DNA of 63,940 nt, the filler included, from Reticulomyxa filosa (taxonomy: Eukaryota > Protista > Foraminifera), in the NCBI GenBank assembly GCA_000512085.1. It is 14 parts of 14 records of this genome, joined end to end, with 100 filler letters (N's around TTAATTAATTAA, not from the genome) between each part and the next. Parts side by side here need not be neighbours in the genome. Positions count along the whole stretch, not along the records: positions 1 to 22,611 come from ASPP01018873.1; positions 22,712 to 25,095 come from ASPP01009141.1; 12 more parts are not named here. One strand, given 5' to 3'. This document shows, one piece after another, positions 12,001 through 24,204 of this stretch. How positions within the stretch are numbered: the first letter of the stretch is position 1; the number at the start of each line of letters is the position of its first letter. The position numbers and the translations under genes are program-made. The notes below the pieces were generated by a model. The model had not been told where the DNA came from. It made no database searches and saw nothing but the letters and a program-made list of their open reading frames with translations.

Positions 12001-15000
12001 GAAGTTGCAACATTTCATTTTTTTGCTGAACAGCGATTTTACAATTTTTATTATTTGTTAAGGCTGGATTGCAAAGCGCATTTTTCCAATCATTTTGTAA
12101 ACTCAAACAAAACTTTCTTAGGATTTCCACACTACTTTGTAAGTGAAATACTTGTGTTTGCAATTGATTGCACTCGGTATTTTTCAGATGTGTGAACCAC
12201 ACATAATAGTCACATTTTTTTTGCCACTTTGTTAGTTCAGAAGAATACTCACTCACGCAATCGATAATGTGATCCATGACTTGGTGTTCGTCTTCGTTGT
12301 ATATCTTTTTCGTGGCAGAAATGAAGGAGGTGAGCCTACGCCAACATGGATGGTCTGATGCTCCCATAGTAGTTCCAGTATCTCCTGCTTCCTTTGACAC
12401 CAAATACTCAGGTATACCCTTTGCGGTTTTATCTTGTGAAATCTTACTTAAGTGGTCAAAGTGCTTTTTGGACAAGACATCCAACTCATTTTGAATGATA
12501 TAATTGTGTTTGGTAACACATTCCATTTTCATTTCCAAATTTTTTAAGTCATTTTGCAATACAAATATTGTATTGTTCAATTTACTACTCTCTTCTGTAC
12601 TCTTCAAAAGTTCTTGTCCGAGTCTATTATTTTCGTCTTTCAAATATTGCGTCATTTGTTCCAGTGAAACTGTTTCTTTTCGATTCTCTTGATACTTTGT
12701 TTCAAATGCCTTACGTATCCTCATTTCTTGTTCATATTTGCTTTGCAACAGCTGTAGCTCCTTACATCTGTGTGCCTCCATCGCCTAAAGTACCACCCTC
12801 ATTCGGTACATACATCAAACGGGCATCAAAAAAAGAAAAAAAGCAATTCACATATGTTATTCACTCAACTTGCAGTGAAGTCAGCTGAGAGCTAAGTTTC
12901 ACGATCGTAGCTTGGTTAGTGTTTTGACCATGTAAACTCTTGCCAATGTTTTGTAATGCTTCCAAGGTTGTCGTCAATATTTTAATTTGTGCGTTTTGAT
13001 GTGTGATAGTGTCTTGCATTTGTTTAACCTTTTGTGAATTTACAAAATTTGCATACGAGATTTGCTGATCATCACTTGCAAGTATCGCACTTAGTTCCTC
13101 GTCTCCATCATTATGGATGTTCTGAAACTGTTTATGATTGGCTTTATCCCGTCTGCTCTGGCTTTCACAATTGGCTAGCAGACTTTGATTGTCTTGTTTC
13201 AATTGGCACAGGTGCTGCTGCAACAATAGTTGTTCATTACGCAGTGTGCTAATCGTTTCTTGTTGTGTTATTGTCTTTTGTTTCAGTTGAGCAATTTCAT
13301 CTAGATATTGTTCGTCTTGAGTTTGTTTATCTTTCGTTACTTGCTGTCGGGAATGTAATTGTGTTTTTCACACAAAGTTCAAAACAAAAAGCAACACGTA
13401 TTGCACTTACTTGTTTGTATTGTTGAAATTCTTGATGGACACTCTCAAGCAGTTTTTTGTATTGTGCGGTCTGCTCCTCTATCTTTGCCATTGATTTTTG
13501 CATTTGAGTTTTTTCTAGTATCAAATTGTGCCAGTCTTGCTGAGATAAATTTTTTTTTGCGTTAGTGTCCAGATTTGCTTTAGTATTTTCTTCTTCATCA
13601 GCCAGGAATGTATACACTTTCTCATGCTGTTCCAAATTTTTAATGTTATCTTCGTAATTATTTATCTTTGTATTGCCTCCAATTTTCGTCAATGGTCGAT
13701 TTATTTGATTCTTCAGCGCTTCCAATTCTATACATTGCTCCTCTTTTAATCGTTTCATCTCAGTCAATTCAACACTCAAGTCTGCCCATTTCATTACTTC
13801 TCCATTTTTCTTGATCTTTAGCGTTTCGATAATTTGTTTTATTTCTTTCACTTGTGATTCATGTGTTGTCTGTTTTGGTCATCCCACAGAAAAATGAACG
13901 TAAAAAAAGGGCGAGAAGTCAATCAAAACTTTAAGTTTTTGTATTTGCGTTTGAAATTGTTCCACAGCATGATGTTTTTCTTTCATCAAATGCTCGATCT
14001 GTGTTTGTAGCTTGATAATTTCTTCCGTATGCTTGTCACATTTTCGTTCATCAGGACTGTTGCAAGCTGGAAGTTTTGAGTGATGCGATAAACTGGGCGA
14101 TGATTGTGCTTTCTGTAAAGACGTTTGTAACTTCTCGATCTGTTGTTTGTATAATTCTTCTTTGGCAATTTCATCACTAAGTTTTTTATTGAGTATTTCA
14201 ATTTGTCGCTGTTGAATTTTGTTCACACGGTCATTATTTTTGTGATGTTCATATTTCGTGTTCAAAGCCTGCGTTTGTTCAGCTATCAACCCGGTGCTTT
14301 CTTGTAGATCATGTTCCAACTTTCGAATTTTTTCACGTAAATGATGAATCATTGTTTCATTGTTTTCAAGTCTCACGTGGTCATTTACGCCACTCATTGC
14401 TTCGAAATTTGAATCATTTTTTGGTGGGCATGACGGAACCAGACTGTTTTTTACGAGATATATCTTGTGTCTTTTCTCTTTCTCGTCATTATTTATATCA
14501 ACAGACAGCGACACTCAAACAAACAATCAAAAACAAACCCCATACGAACGACAGCTCTGAGTTTTGCTAATTCTTGTTGCACTTGAGTAAGATGTTCCTG
14601 AGTAAATAATACATTTGCAGGAACTTGATTGGCTGTGAAATTTGATTGGATCTTTTGTATTTCTTCTTTTAGATATTGCTCATGCTGTTTCTTGTAGATT
14701 GTTAACTCTTGAATGACATTTTTTAAATCATTCATTTTTTGGTTGTACTTTTCCACCTCTTGGTTTTTGTTCGACATGTCATGGGTTAAATCGCTCAATT
14801 TTTTTTCCTGTGTTTCCAGTTTAATTTCATATTCTCTTAATTGCTGTTGATAAGATGATTTCAAGGTCTCATTCGATCTTTCCAATAGACGTTGTGTCTC
14901 ATTGAGTGATTGATTCAGTTCTTCAATCCTTATTTCTTTTTCTTGCTGTTTGTTGTATCATTGAAAGAAATGCATTATTTTATAAAATTAAACAAATTTA

Positions 15001-15872
15001 TTGTTTTAACATACCAATGCATTCTTTAAATATTGAACATTGTTTGTAAGAGTGATAATTTGTTCTGAATTTTTATCTGCGGAAGCTTGAATATTTTTAT
15101 TTGCGGTTTGTAGCTGGTGATTTTCAGAGCTTAAGCGTATGATTTCTTGTTTGTATTTTTCGTTGTGTTCCTCGGTGACTTGGATATCAACTTGTCTATT
15201 GGTGTATTCTTGTAACATTTGATGTAGGGTCTGTATTTGTTCGTCTTTTAAAGTCAACAGTTGGAAAATTTTTTTTGTGTTTCATTTCGTTTTCTGTTCT
15301 CTCTTTTTGTATGCTTGCATCAACAATAAGTTCAATGTTCGGAATTTTTTGCAGTAGTTCAGCTCTGATTTTTTCCCAATGTTGGGCTTCACACTGCAGT
15401 GTATTTAAATCATTTTTTAGTTGGATATTTTCCTTTTTTAAATCTTCGAAATCACTATTTCCATTTTCACTTTAAAATTTTTTTTTATGTTGAGACTGTT
15501 GTCCTTGCCACCTTCAGTGTCTGATGGCAAGAGCTGTATTTTAGCATAAAATTTCTCATTAAAGTACTGACTACGAATATAGAAAATATCTTTTTTTATG
15601 TCCAATGAGGGATTGCGCAGTAAATAGAAAGATTCGGACGTCCGTTTAATGCACAACTCAATAGAAATTGTTTGTGCATTCAAAGAGCCCAATGTAAAGT
15701 TGTCCGGAGATATTTTATATCGATTTGGTGTCCCTGCCTTAATTTGAATAGGCAGTGCATGTGATGTTTCATTTTTTATTTCTATAAATTGAGTGTGCGG
15801 GCAATCCAATTCCACGCATTCAAAGAAGAGTTCTTGTGGTTCGAAGCTCACAAACTTATTCTTGGCAGACAT
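6095..15872 (-). CDS. Very large multi-exon coiled-coil protein with an N-terminal MSP/ASH-like Ig fold; possibly centrosomal or basal-body (weakly CEP290-like)
   Basis: About 20 co-oriented E/K/Q/L heptad-rich ORFs are separated by short GT-AG introns (e.g. 10029-10104 joins ELQ|KLVDR). The N-terminus MSAKNKFVSFEPQELFF...IEIKNETSHALPIQIK...YKISP fits MSP/ASH beta-sandwich domains. Frameshifts occur in A-runs near 15270 and 15470. Confidence 0.7.
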
Positions 15873-16465
15873 ACAAATCGAGCTGTCACCAGATTTCAGC
15901 TCCTTAATGAAAATATTGTTGAATTTGATTTGAAGATTTGACGTCAACAAAAATTTAAAACAATGACACCAGAGAGAAATGCAAATGCAATATCATCCCA
16001 TAAAACACAAAAAAATAAAAAATGCTATGGAAAATTATTTTAATAAAAGCTTTCCCACAACCGATCCTTGTGCGGAGCAAACTATAGAATCCGTGAAGCG
16101 TCACCACGCAAGACGTGACTTTGAGTTGAAAAAATGTTGAATTGTGCTCTCTTGCTAATTAAGATGACCTAGAGAGGATTAACTTGAAGATTGACGTTGT
16201 TTGTAATCATTGAATGAAGTTGTTGACGTGTTGGCGGAAAGGTGAAGGTCACCAAAAAAACTTCACAAAACAAAAGACAATCTGTCACAAGTTATCTTAA
16301 ATTTCACCAAAAAAAAATAATTAGGAAATAAGGAATGGCATATGCATTATAATACATCTTTTTGTTAGTTTTAGTGTTCTAAACACGAATTTTCTCAATC
16401 TTGCAAGCAACATTGACAAACCAGCAGAAAAAAAAGTTGATGAAAACTCATTGCTTTGAAAGCTT

Positions 16466-19071
16466 TTACACGCAATCGGACATAATAGTATCATAGAGAT
16501 TAAAATCGTCGATCATTTTTCGGAAAACTTTATATTTACACTGATGGAACCGAATTAACTTTTCGTCTGCAGAGGGCTCCACAACAGTGGATGCATGATT
16601 CATAGCTTTCATAGCTGTTTGGAAGGCAAGGGGAATAGTAATGTTTGCAGTTTGAGTTCGATGAGCAACCATGGCCAAAACGGCGCCCCCAACAAGCACA
16701 CTATCACTTACTTTTGGCAAGACAACAGGAATTTGAGTAATGTCCGCGTGCAAACGGACAAACAAGTCATTTTTGGACAGTCCTCCAGTGCAAAATGCAG
16801 CTTTTATTTCGATCTGTCGACTTTTGATTGTGTCCAGTATTGACAACGAGTCATAGCATAAAGCCTGTAACGTGGCCTATTTCAATGACATCCTCACTTC
16901 TGTGCTCTCGTCGTGTGTTTTGTATTTCGGCAGAGTGACAAACATATATACACACACGCATGTAACAAAAATACCAAATAATAAAGTGCACAGCGATCAA
17001 TGTTGTCCAAGTCTTGCAGTTTCATTCCAGAAATAATCCCTTTCAAATGGGGATTGCAAAGCGGACTGCGATTTCCGTGGAAATAAGGATTGACATGAAT
17101 GTCTTTGGTTAAAAAAGAGACAGTGGTCAGACCCTGCGCTTTCGCTATTTCTTGCAAGCGATGATTTAAAAATGCGTACACAGATACATGCGCCTTTTCC
17201 GACAGCGCTTGGATCTGCGAGAAACAAGTGAAAGAATGCACGATATAGTCCACCAATGCCCCTGTCGCGGATTGACCGCCTTCCAATAGCCAAGTGTGTG
17301 GCAGCAGCGCAGAATAATAGGGACCCCACACACCATTCACCAATGTCGATTCCAAAATGGGCATCATGTGACAGGTGCTTGATCGATTTGTGTGTATTGT
17401 CTCCATTCATTCAATTTGAACGAACGAGCAAACAGACATGCATAAAACACGAAAAACCTTGTGCCGCCAATCAAAGCAATTTTCTGATGGAAAGGAATGG
17501 CCTCAATAATGGGATGGTCATTGGCACCAAGCAGACCAATTGCTCCACAATGTGCGTCGATCATACCAATGCTCACGGCGGTCCCTGCATGTATCAATCC
17601 GGAGAGGTCGTCGACTGCGCTTTTGCTCAATCCATCAGGAATGTGAGCGCCTACGTGTCCGATCTGCGTACCAAACGCTTGGTAATTGCTCGATACAATA
17701 TCTTTCTATCTTGTTCAAATTTGGCATTGTAAAAAGAAAAGAGAGAGGAAGGTCACATACTTAATGTTTGTATTATGTTTGTGTATAAATATTTTATAAT
17801 ACAAATATTGCAAACAAAAAAAAAAAAAAAAACCTCTTTAAATAAACAGCTCTTTTTTTTTTTTTTTAAACTTCAACCAAGCCAATGTGTGACAAAAATT
17901 CAGCATTCCAACCTTTAGCCATTTGATGGAATATCGGGACATCGGATTCAACACTTTTTTCATTGTCTTCTTGTTTCTCGTTGACCATCTTGTGGCTAGC
18001 AAATGTCCATTTGCATGTCAACGTACACATCGATCTCACCTCTTTCCCCGTGGCTTTGAACGTCAAAAAATCAGCCAAATCCATCCATTTCGCAACCTCT
18101 TTGTACGACTCTTGTGTTATTATTGTCCTTGTTGTAGTTGTTATTCCCCCCTTTTATCGCTCTGAACGAAGTGTGCACAAAACTGGGCAAATGTGTTTCA
18201 CCCATACAATTTTGGGGATTTCCATCTCACATGAAATTTTGCCTCCGACAAATTCAAGCACATCTGCCACCGTTTTATTGCTTGTCCCACATTCATTTAT
18301 CAAGTCCGCTTCTTTTGTGGCGCGATGATCCATCCATAGTATCTGTCACACGTATACGTTTCATACTCTTTTATATGTTCCTTTCAATGCCAAAAAGTGT
18401 AAGGAATGTACGCAGAGATAAATTTGTCATATTCATATACAGGGAGAGAGATGTGAATATATGGGTTTCTGCTTTTTTTTTTTAACAATATTGTGTGACT
18501 TGTTCTCGGTTGGAGATAACGATACTGGCTCATTGTCGGCATTCAATGCGACTCTGACAGTTTGTTTATTTTATGTGTGTGTATGTGCTTGATTGTGGGG
18601 AAGGGTACGTCGATGGAATGTCATTGTTGTCACATAGGTAGAAATATTGATCCATTAACAAAGAACATGTTGCATCAAAACCAATTCCTTTTATCTTGTT
18701 TGTTATTCCTTTATCCGTTTTCTTCTTCTCAGAAATGACCATTTTGATACATTCACATGTTTGTTTCCAAATGTTTTCGCTCGATTGTTCATAAAAGTCC
18801 GTCTCTGGATTAAACACTTCAATTTGTTCGCTGTGGCATCCTACCAAATTCCCATTTTCGTCTATCAGACCTGCACGCACGCTTGTCTTTGTAGTTTGCA
18901 GTTTGTATAAGATGAGAACATCATATATTTCTTTCACTTTTTTTTAAAACAGTTTTCTGTTCCTCTCCTTCGCCATAAACACAGGTACAAAGAATTTTTA
19001 AATAAAATCTGCCACGAAACTGTTCCACAATCAACTCCTATGAAATATTCCACATCTTTCTCGCTTGACAT
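16466..19071 (-). CDS. FGGY: FGGY-family carbohydrate kinase (D-ribulokinase-like), multi-exon
   Basis: Motifs YFIGVDCGT|TSVRAGL, GIGFDATCSL, DLADFLTFKATG...SMCTLTCKW, GMIDAH, GTSTCHM-like, GVWGPY, EGGQSATG, FHGNRSP and GGLSKNDLF. ATG at 19071. Confidence 0.92.
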
Positions 19072-19614
19072 TTTAAAAATGGTCGTCTATAATGGATAGA
19101 TATAAAATTTGTTGCCTTTTTTGACCGTTGCTTCAGCACAGCTTATCTAGAAACCATTGCCTCTCTATTTAAATTTCAAAATATTTTATACAAAGTATTA
19201 TCAATTGGACTATTTATAGCTGCAGTAGAATCGACAAGTAAAATTTACCATAAGATGATCAACTTTCTCTCCGAGGAAGTACTTAATAATATTTTTAAAA
19301 TATCTACAAGTATTGTATGCTTTAGGTACAATTTTATCATAAATTTAAATTTTTTGTCCATTTTTACTTTATTACATCGATCAAAGGAATAATTTAAGAT
19401 TCGTAAAGCTATCAAAAACCGATCTTGATAGCAATGATTAAAAGTATCTAAAAACATTTCTTTTTGAAATATTTAAAATTTGGTTTGTTTATTGGACTTT
19501 AGAAGCAAATTGACTCGAATGCGTGGCTCACACGTAAGCGGACTATTTTAGCCAAGAGAGAAAAGGTGTCTCTACTGAGTTTTGTTTTTGATAATCGACA
19601 AATAAAATTCGCGA

Positions 19615-21435
19615 ATGTATCTCAAGTCATCAATTTTTCTATATTTGTTATATTTTTTTTTGGCACAAGCACAAACGAATTTGCTCACACAGACATGTGG
19701 CAAGCCTCAGGAGCAAACGCTTACTTTGAAAGGCACAACGTATAGTTACAACGTGTATTTCCCACCGATTTTGTGTGACGCGGTCTCGTTTAGCGAATAT
19801 GTGCGCAGCCATTCAGGTTTCGGTCTTACCTTTCAAAGTTGAATGAACAGTAAGAGGGGGGAAAAAAAAAAAAAATTGATGAATGGACAAAAAAACAGAA
19901 GTAAGCCGATTTGATCCAAATGTGAACCAAGTGTCAATTCCGATGATGATGTCTCTTCACGGTTTTGGAAACACGGGCAAAGACGAGCAAAAGAGATGGG
20001 AAGAGCAATCGAACGAGTTTGTGTTTATATTGATAACCCCAAATGGACAAAATAACAGTTGGAGCGCATTGCAGTGTTGCGGAATGGATAACGAGAAGGA
20101 AAATAGCACTGACCTTGCGCTTGTGACCGAAGTAATTCGCGATGTGACTGTGAAGCTTTCTCGTCGAGAACAGCGGATATTCCCTTATCTGAACATGAGC
20201 ACACTGGCCAAGATTTCCGTCTTTCTTGCAGGATGGAATAACGGTGCTTTTTTAACGGATTATTACGCATGGAATTATGTCGCATCGCAAAGTCCCATCC
20301 GTTTGACGGGGGTCATTACTTTGGGCGGATATATTTTCAATGGTCCGGATGTTGCTTCCAATGCCCAAAGAGACACTCGACGCAATGCACTTATAAGCAT
20401 ATCGATGCATCACAGCTATTTTGGTCAATCCAAAAAAAAAAAAAATGTGTTGAATTAAAAGAAGGGAAAATGAATCCAATGATCCCTCTTTGTTTGGTCC
20501 CTTTTCATTTGAATAAATGATTGTCAAATCTAAAAAATAGACAAGTTTGTAAGTATTTATGGCTGTTGCGAGTCGAGTGAAGCGATGGAGGACAGATATT
20601 GCTCGGAGGAAATAAAGGTCGATAAGGAGGAGACGTGCGTGTCCGTGTGGGACGAATTTCGCAATTGGCTAAGATGGAACGGTTGTTGGGAAATGGACGA
20701 CGGTCAAAGTCGAGACAAATTGGACGTGGCATCGTACATTTTGAAAAATAGCACAAATGTCACGTGCTGGCGAACCAATCCCCAAAAATGTAAAGTCATG
20801 AATGAATTATGCACCTATCAATATCTCCATTCGACGTCTTCGAAGTCGATCGAGTCATGGAGCAATTACTTTCCAAATGCAAAACAAGTCGATATATTTC
20901 CGTAGGAACAATTGAAATGCAATATACTTTTATTTTGTGTTGTCTCTTTTTTTGACTTGATTTTGTTCAGACAATGAAGGGGATGTATCAAAGCTTATGT
21001 CGAGTGAACGGCGGCAATTGGAGTGTGACCAGTGGGATATGTGTGTGTTCACTCAACGAAACGGGAAGAACCGGGCCCTATTGCAACACTTGGAGCAACG
21101 ACTACACTCAGCCTGAAGTCTCTTTGCAAAACCACAAAAATGGGGAACACGCCAAATGGGTCGATGATGACGGCTCTGTGTCGCCTTTCAAACTTCTGGT
21201 TTTGATCATTTTGTTTTTCGCTGGGTGCATTTTGTGTTATCAGGTTATCAGACAGCGCAAACAACCCGACTTTTTATTCGATTCCAAATATGCTTTCGAC
21301 AGAAAGGGATTGAGTTTGGCCAAATACGATCGTGTCAGTGTCATTGACGATGAACTCGTTGGTGCTAATGACCATGCACAGGACAGTGAAGACAGCAGTG
21401 ATTTGGAAAGTAATGACGATGGAAATGAACTTTGA
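19615..21435 (+). CDS. Type I membrane alpha/beta-hydrolase (LpqC/PHB-depolymerase-like) with signal peptide, EGF-like module and C-terminal TM helix; nucleophile motif is GWNNG
   Basis: Four exons (introns ~19817-19898, ~20423-20540, ~20888-20970) give a continuous frame. Motifs: SLHGFG, TPNG..NSWSALQCCG, FLAGWNNGAF, HHSYFDKFVSIYG, EGF-like C-x-C...TGPYC, and TM LLVLIILFFAGCILCY. Confidence 0.75.
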
Positions 21436-21970
21436 TATATTTTTGCAAAAACTTACCAAAATCATATTTCTCGCTACTTTTTCAAAATCCAAAAAAAAAA
21501 ATACAGCTCAAACGCAAAACGCCACCCTCTCTGGTGTTGCTATGGGACGTTTGCTAAACTTGCTGAAATTATGGTTGGATGATCTGTTTTTTACTCATCC
21601 CATTTTTGACACACTCTAAAGATATATCAATTGCCATTGTTTGCTCTTTATTCGGGAGATTTGATTCAAGCATGCTTGTTGCTTGTATCCTAACCCTTTA
21701 TCGATTTTTTAACTTTTTGTTTTTTTATATTTTAAGCATTTCTCAGATCCTGTCAAAGTCATTAAAACAAAACAAGTGGCATTCTTCTGCTTGAATCGTG
21801 AGCATCTAATATAAATGTATATATTTTTTTGTATTTCACATTTTTTGCTTATTTTTTCCTCACAGCTTGCTCTTTGACGTATCAATTTTTCTTTGTGTAG
21901 TGTCGCTCTTTTTTTTCAACTAAAAAAAGGTTGAACACAATAATATATCGATCATAACAAACAAGTGATC

Positions 21971-22420
21971 ATGTCCTCGTTTCTAGAAGCTTTACATCAT
22001 GAAATGCGTTTATTCGAGCTGAGAAATGCCCCAAACGCACACAAAAATTTGACGTATGTTCGAGAACGTGGCGAAGTTGAGTATCTTGTCCAAAAAGGTC
22101 GCTACGTGCAAATGTGTTTACACAAACATGGAACATACTGCTTTAGCGCGAGGAGTCAGGACGACGTTTTGTGAACATTGAAATAAATACACGAGCAATA
22201 TTTTATGAAGACTTGAAGAACGCTAATTTGGAGGATTTGCTTGAAAAGCTGCCGTATCTGAAAAACGAGACAAGTTGGGTCGATGTTTTACTCATAGTGC
22301 GAGCACATAAAGGAGGAAAACAAAGTATGTGGATATAAAAGAGTTTCTAGTTCACTGTTTTGTGTGTTAATGTGCAGACGAACGAAAACGTCGAATGAAA
22401 GCCGAAAAAAAGAGTTTAAA
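21971..22420 (+). CDS. Hypothetical protein, 5' exons, probably truncated by the contig end
   Basis: MSSFLEALHHEMRLFELRNAPN followed by further short coding-like segments between putative introns. No family recognised. Confidence 0.35.
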
Positions 22421-22611
22421 AAAGAACTTAAGAATTTGAAGAAATTGTTTCATCCACTCATCGCCCAAACTTTGGAAAGTTTTGTACCAATTTTTCATTT
22501 TTCCCTGTGTCTTTCGGCAATGGTTCCATTTCCATAAAAACACTTTTTGCATCGTCATCAAATTTTTTTTTTAAAATGAAAATATAAAGATAGCCTTTTT
22601 TGATCAAAGAA

Positions 22612-22711
22612 NNNNNNNNNNNNNNNNNNNNNNNNNNNNNNNNNNNNNNNNNNNNTTAATTAATTAANNNNNNNNNNNNNNNNNNNNNNNNNNNNNNNNN
22701 NNNNNNNNNNN
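22612..22711. other. Artificial contig linker N44-TTAATTAATTAA-N44 (stops in all six frames); 13 copies in the window
   Basis: Identical 100-nt linkers at 22612-22711, 25096-25195, 27115-27214, 28269-28368, 29408-29507, 32192-32291, 39778-39877, 45919-46018, 53638-53737, 57220-57319, 58343-58442, 60450-60549 and 62037-62136. Genes on either side are unrelated and often truncated. Confidence 0.98.
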
Positions 22712-22745
<34 letters not shown>

Positions 22746-23780
22746 GTGTGTGTGTGTGATGATAAAGAAAGGGAAGGAGAAAAGGAAGATAAACATGCGA
22801 CGAACACGACAGAAGTGCCAAAAACGGAAACGAAAGCAAAGACAATGACAGACAAAGACAAGCAAGAGTTTGTTGCGGATGTGATTAAAGAGTACTTACA
22901 CTTGTCCGCGTCGTCGGTGAAAATAAAATTCCCATTGGTAATGGCCATTTCGAATGAAATGTTGATTGAGCAGACGAAACATTTGCCGTTTTATCAGTAT
23001 CACGACTTTATGGTTCGAATTATGGAAAAGGAAATGAAGCGAACGGAGGAAGAGAAGAAGAAGAAACAGTTGGAAGAAGAAGAAAAACGCAAATCTGCTG
23101 ATTTGATGTTGCAAAAGTCAAACAGTCGTCGTTCTTTGCTAGGAAATTTCTTTGGGTTGTTTGCCGGGAAAGAGGACGGCAAAGAGCAACACGATCCGGA
23201 CAATGACGAAGATACGGACGATGAGGAGGATGAGAAAGAGTTTCAAAATGCCAACGAAGTAGACAGTTCCCATAGTTCACCCGTCAAAGGTCATGTCAAA
23301 AGCAGATCCAGCAATAATATACTCAGTCCCAATCTTGTCCCTCATGCACATGTACAGAACACTCGTCCGAATGTTCTTGGCAAACCTCGTCTCGAACATT
23401 CGCACACTGAATATGCCAGACAAACCTCCATTAGCTTGCTCGAAAATGACAAGGCGAGTGACAATTATCGAGATCCCATCCCCACTACTCCCCAACCGGA
23501 AACTATTCCTGACGGTCCCGAACTTGAGGAACTTTCCGATGATGACATGGACCTAGAATTAGATTTGGACAAAATTCTAGACGATGAAACGCTTACGAAA
23601 GACATTATGACCAAAAACTCTCGTGGCAAAAGCGCGTCACCTGTTCGAAATAGAAGTCAGAGCAACGAGCGCCCTTCTGCAGACACCAATACCTCCAAAA
23701 GTACTAAAGCTACTAATGATCATACTCAAACACGACGGACTGGAAGAACCATGTTCACGAGAGCTTTGTCTCGAAAGTAA
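22746..23780 (+). CDS. Hypothetical protein, last exon (acidic/low-complexity tail)
   Basis: 344-aa ORF with coding-like composition, starting at the contig edge after a (TATATG)n/(TG)n intron-like repeat. Confidence 0.6.
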   Translation: MCVCDDKEREGEKEDKHATNTTEVPKTETKAKTMTDKDKQEFVADVIKEYLHLSASSVKIKFPLVMAISNEMLIEQTKHLPFYQYHDFMVRIMEKEMKRTEEEKKKKQLEEEEKRKSADLMLQKSNSRRSLLGNFFGLFAGKEDGKEQHDPDNDEDTDDEEDEKEFQNANEVDSSHSSPVKGHVKSRSSNNILSPNLVPHAHVQNTRPNVLGKPRLEHSHTEYARQTSISLLENDKASDNYRDPIPTTPQPETIPDGPELEELSDDDMDLELDLDKILDDETLTKDIMTKNSRGKSASPVRNRSQSNERPSADTNTSKSTKATNDHTQTRRTGRTMFTRALSRK

Positions 23781-24204
23781 ACATGCACTTTCGAAAAGTA
23801 AAATACTGAGTAAAATTTACACATTTGCTTTTTCGAACAAAGCAACTTTGTTGTTGTTAGTTTTTATTTTAATTTTCTTGGTCGTTTCATGTACGTTGTT
23901 TGTTGTTTGGTGGCGGGTTTTTATTTTTTTGTACTATTGGGTTAAATTTGTTGAACTGAAAACCTACAATATTTTCATATTATGCTCAAGAAAACTCTTC
24001 TTCTGTTTTTTGGTGCAATGGAATTTACTGAATTTTGTTACTCCTTGAAAACTGCTGTGTTTGAGCACAGCTTAAAAAAATGGTTCTATCTTCGTTGAAT
24101 AAAGAGTAACAAGTCTTTTGCAGACGTTTTGACATAAATAAAAAACCCTCACCTAATTCGCAAATTAAATAAAAAGTAAAACAAAACAGAAAATAGTTAT
24201 TTCA

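Noticed and set aside
7092-15475. Many plus-strand F/L/C/S-rich ORFs
   Set aside because: Antisense shadows of the E/K/Q-rich coiled-coil exons.
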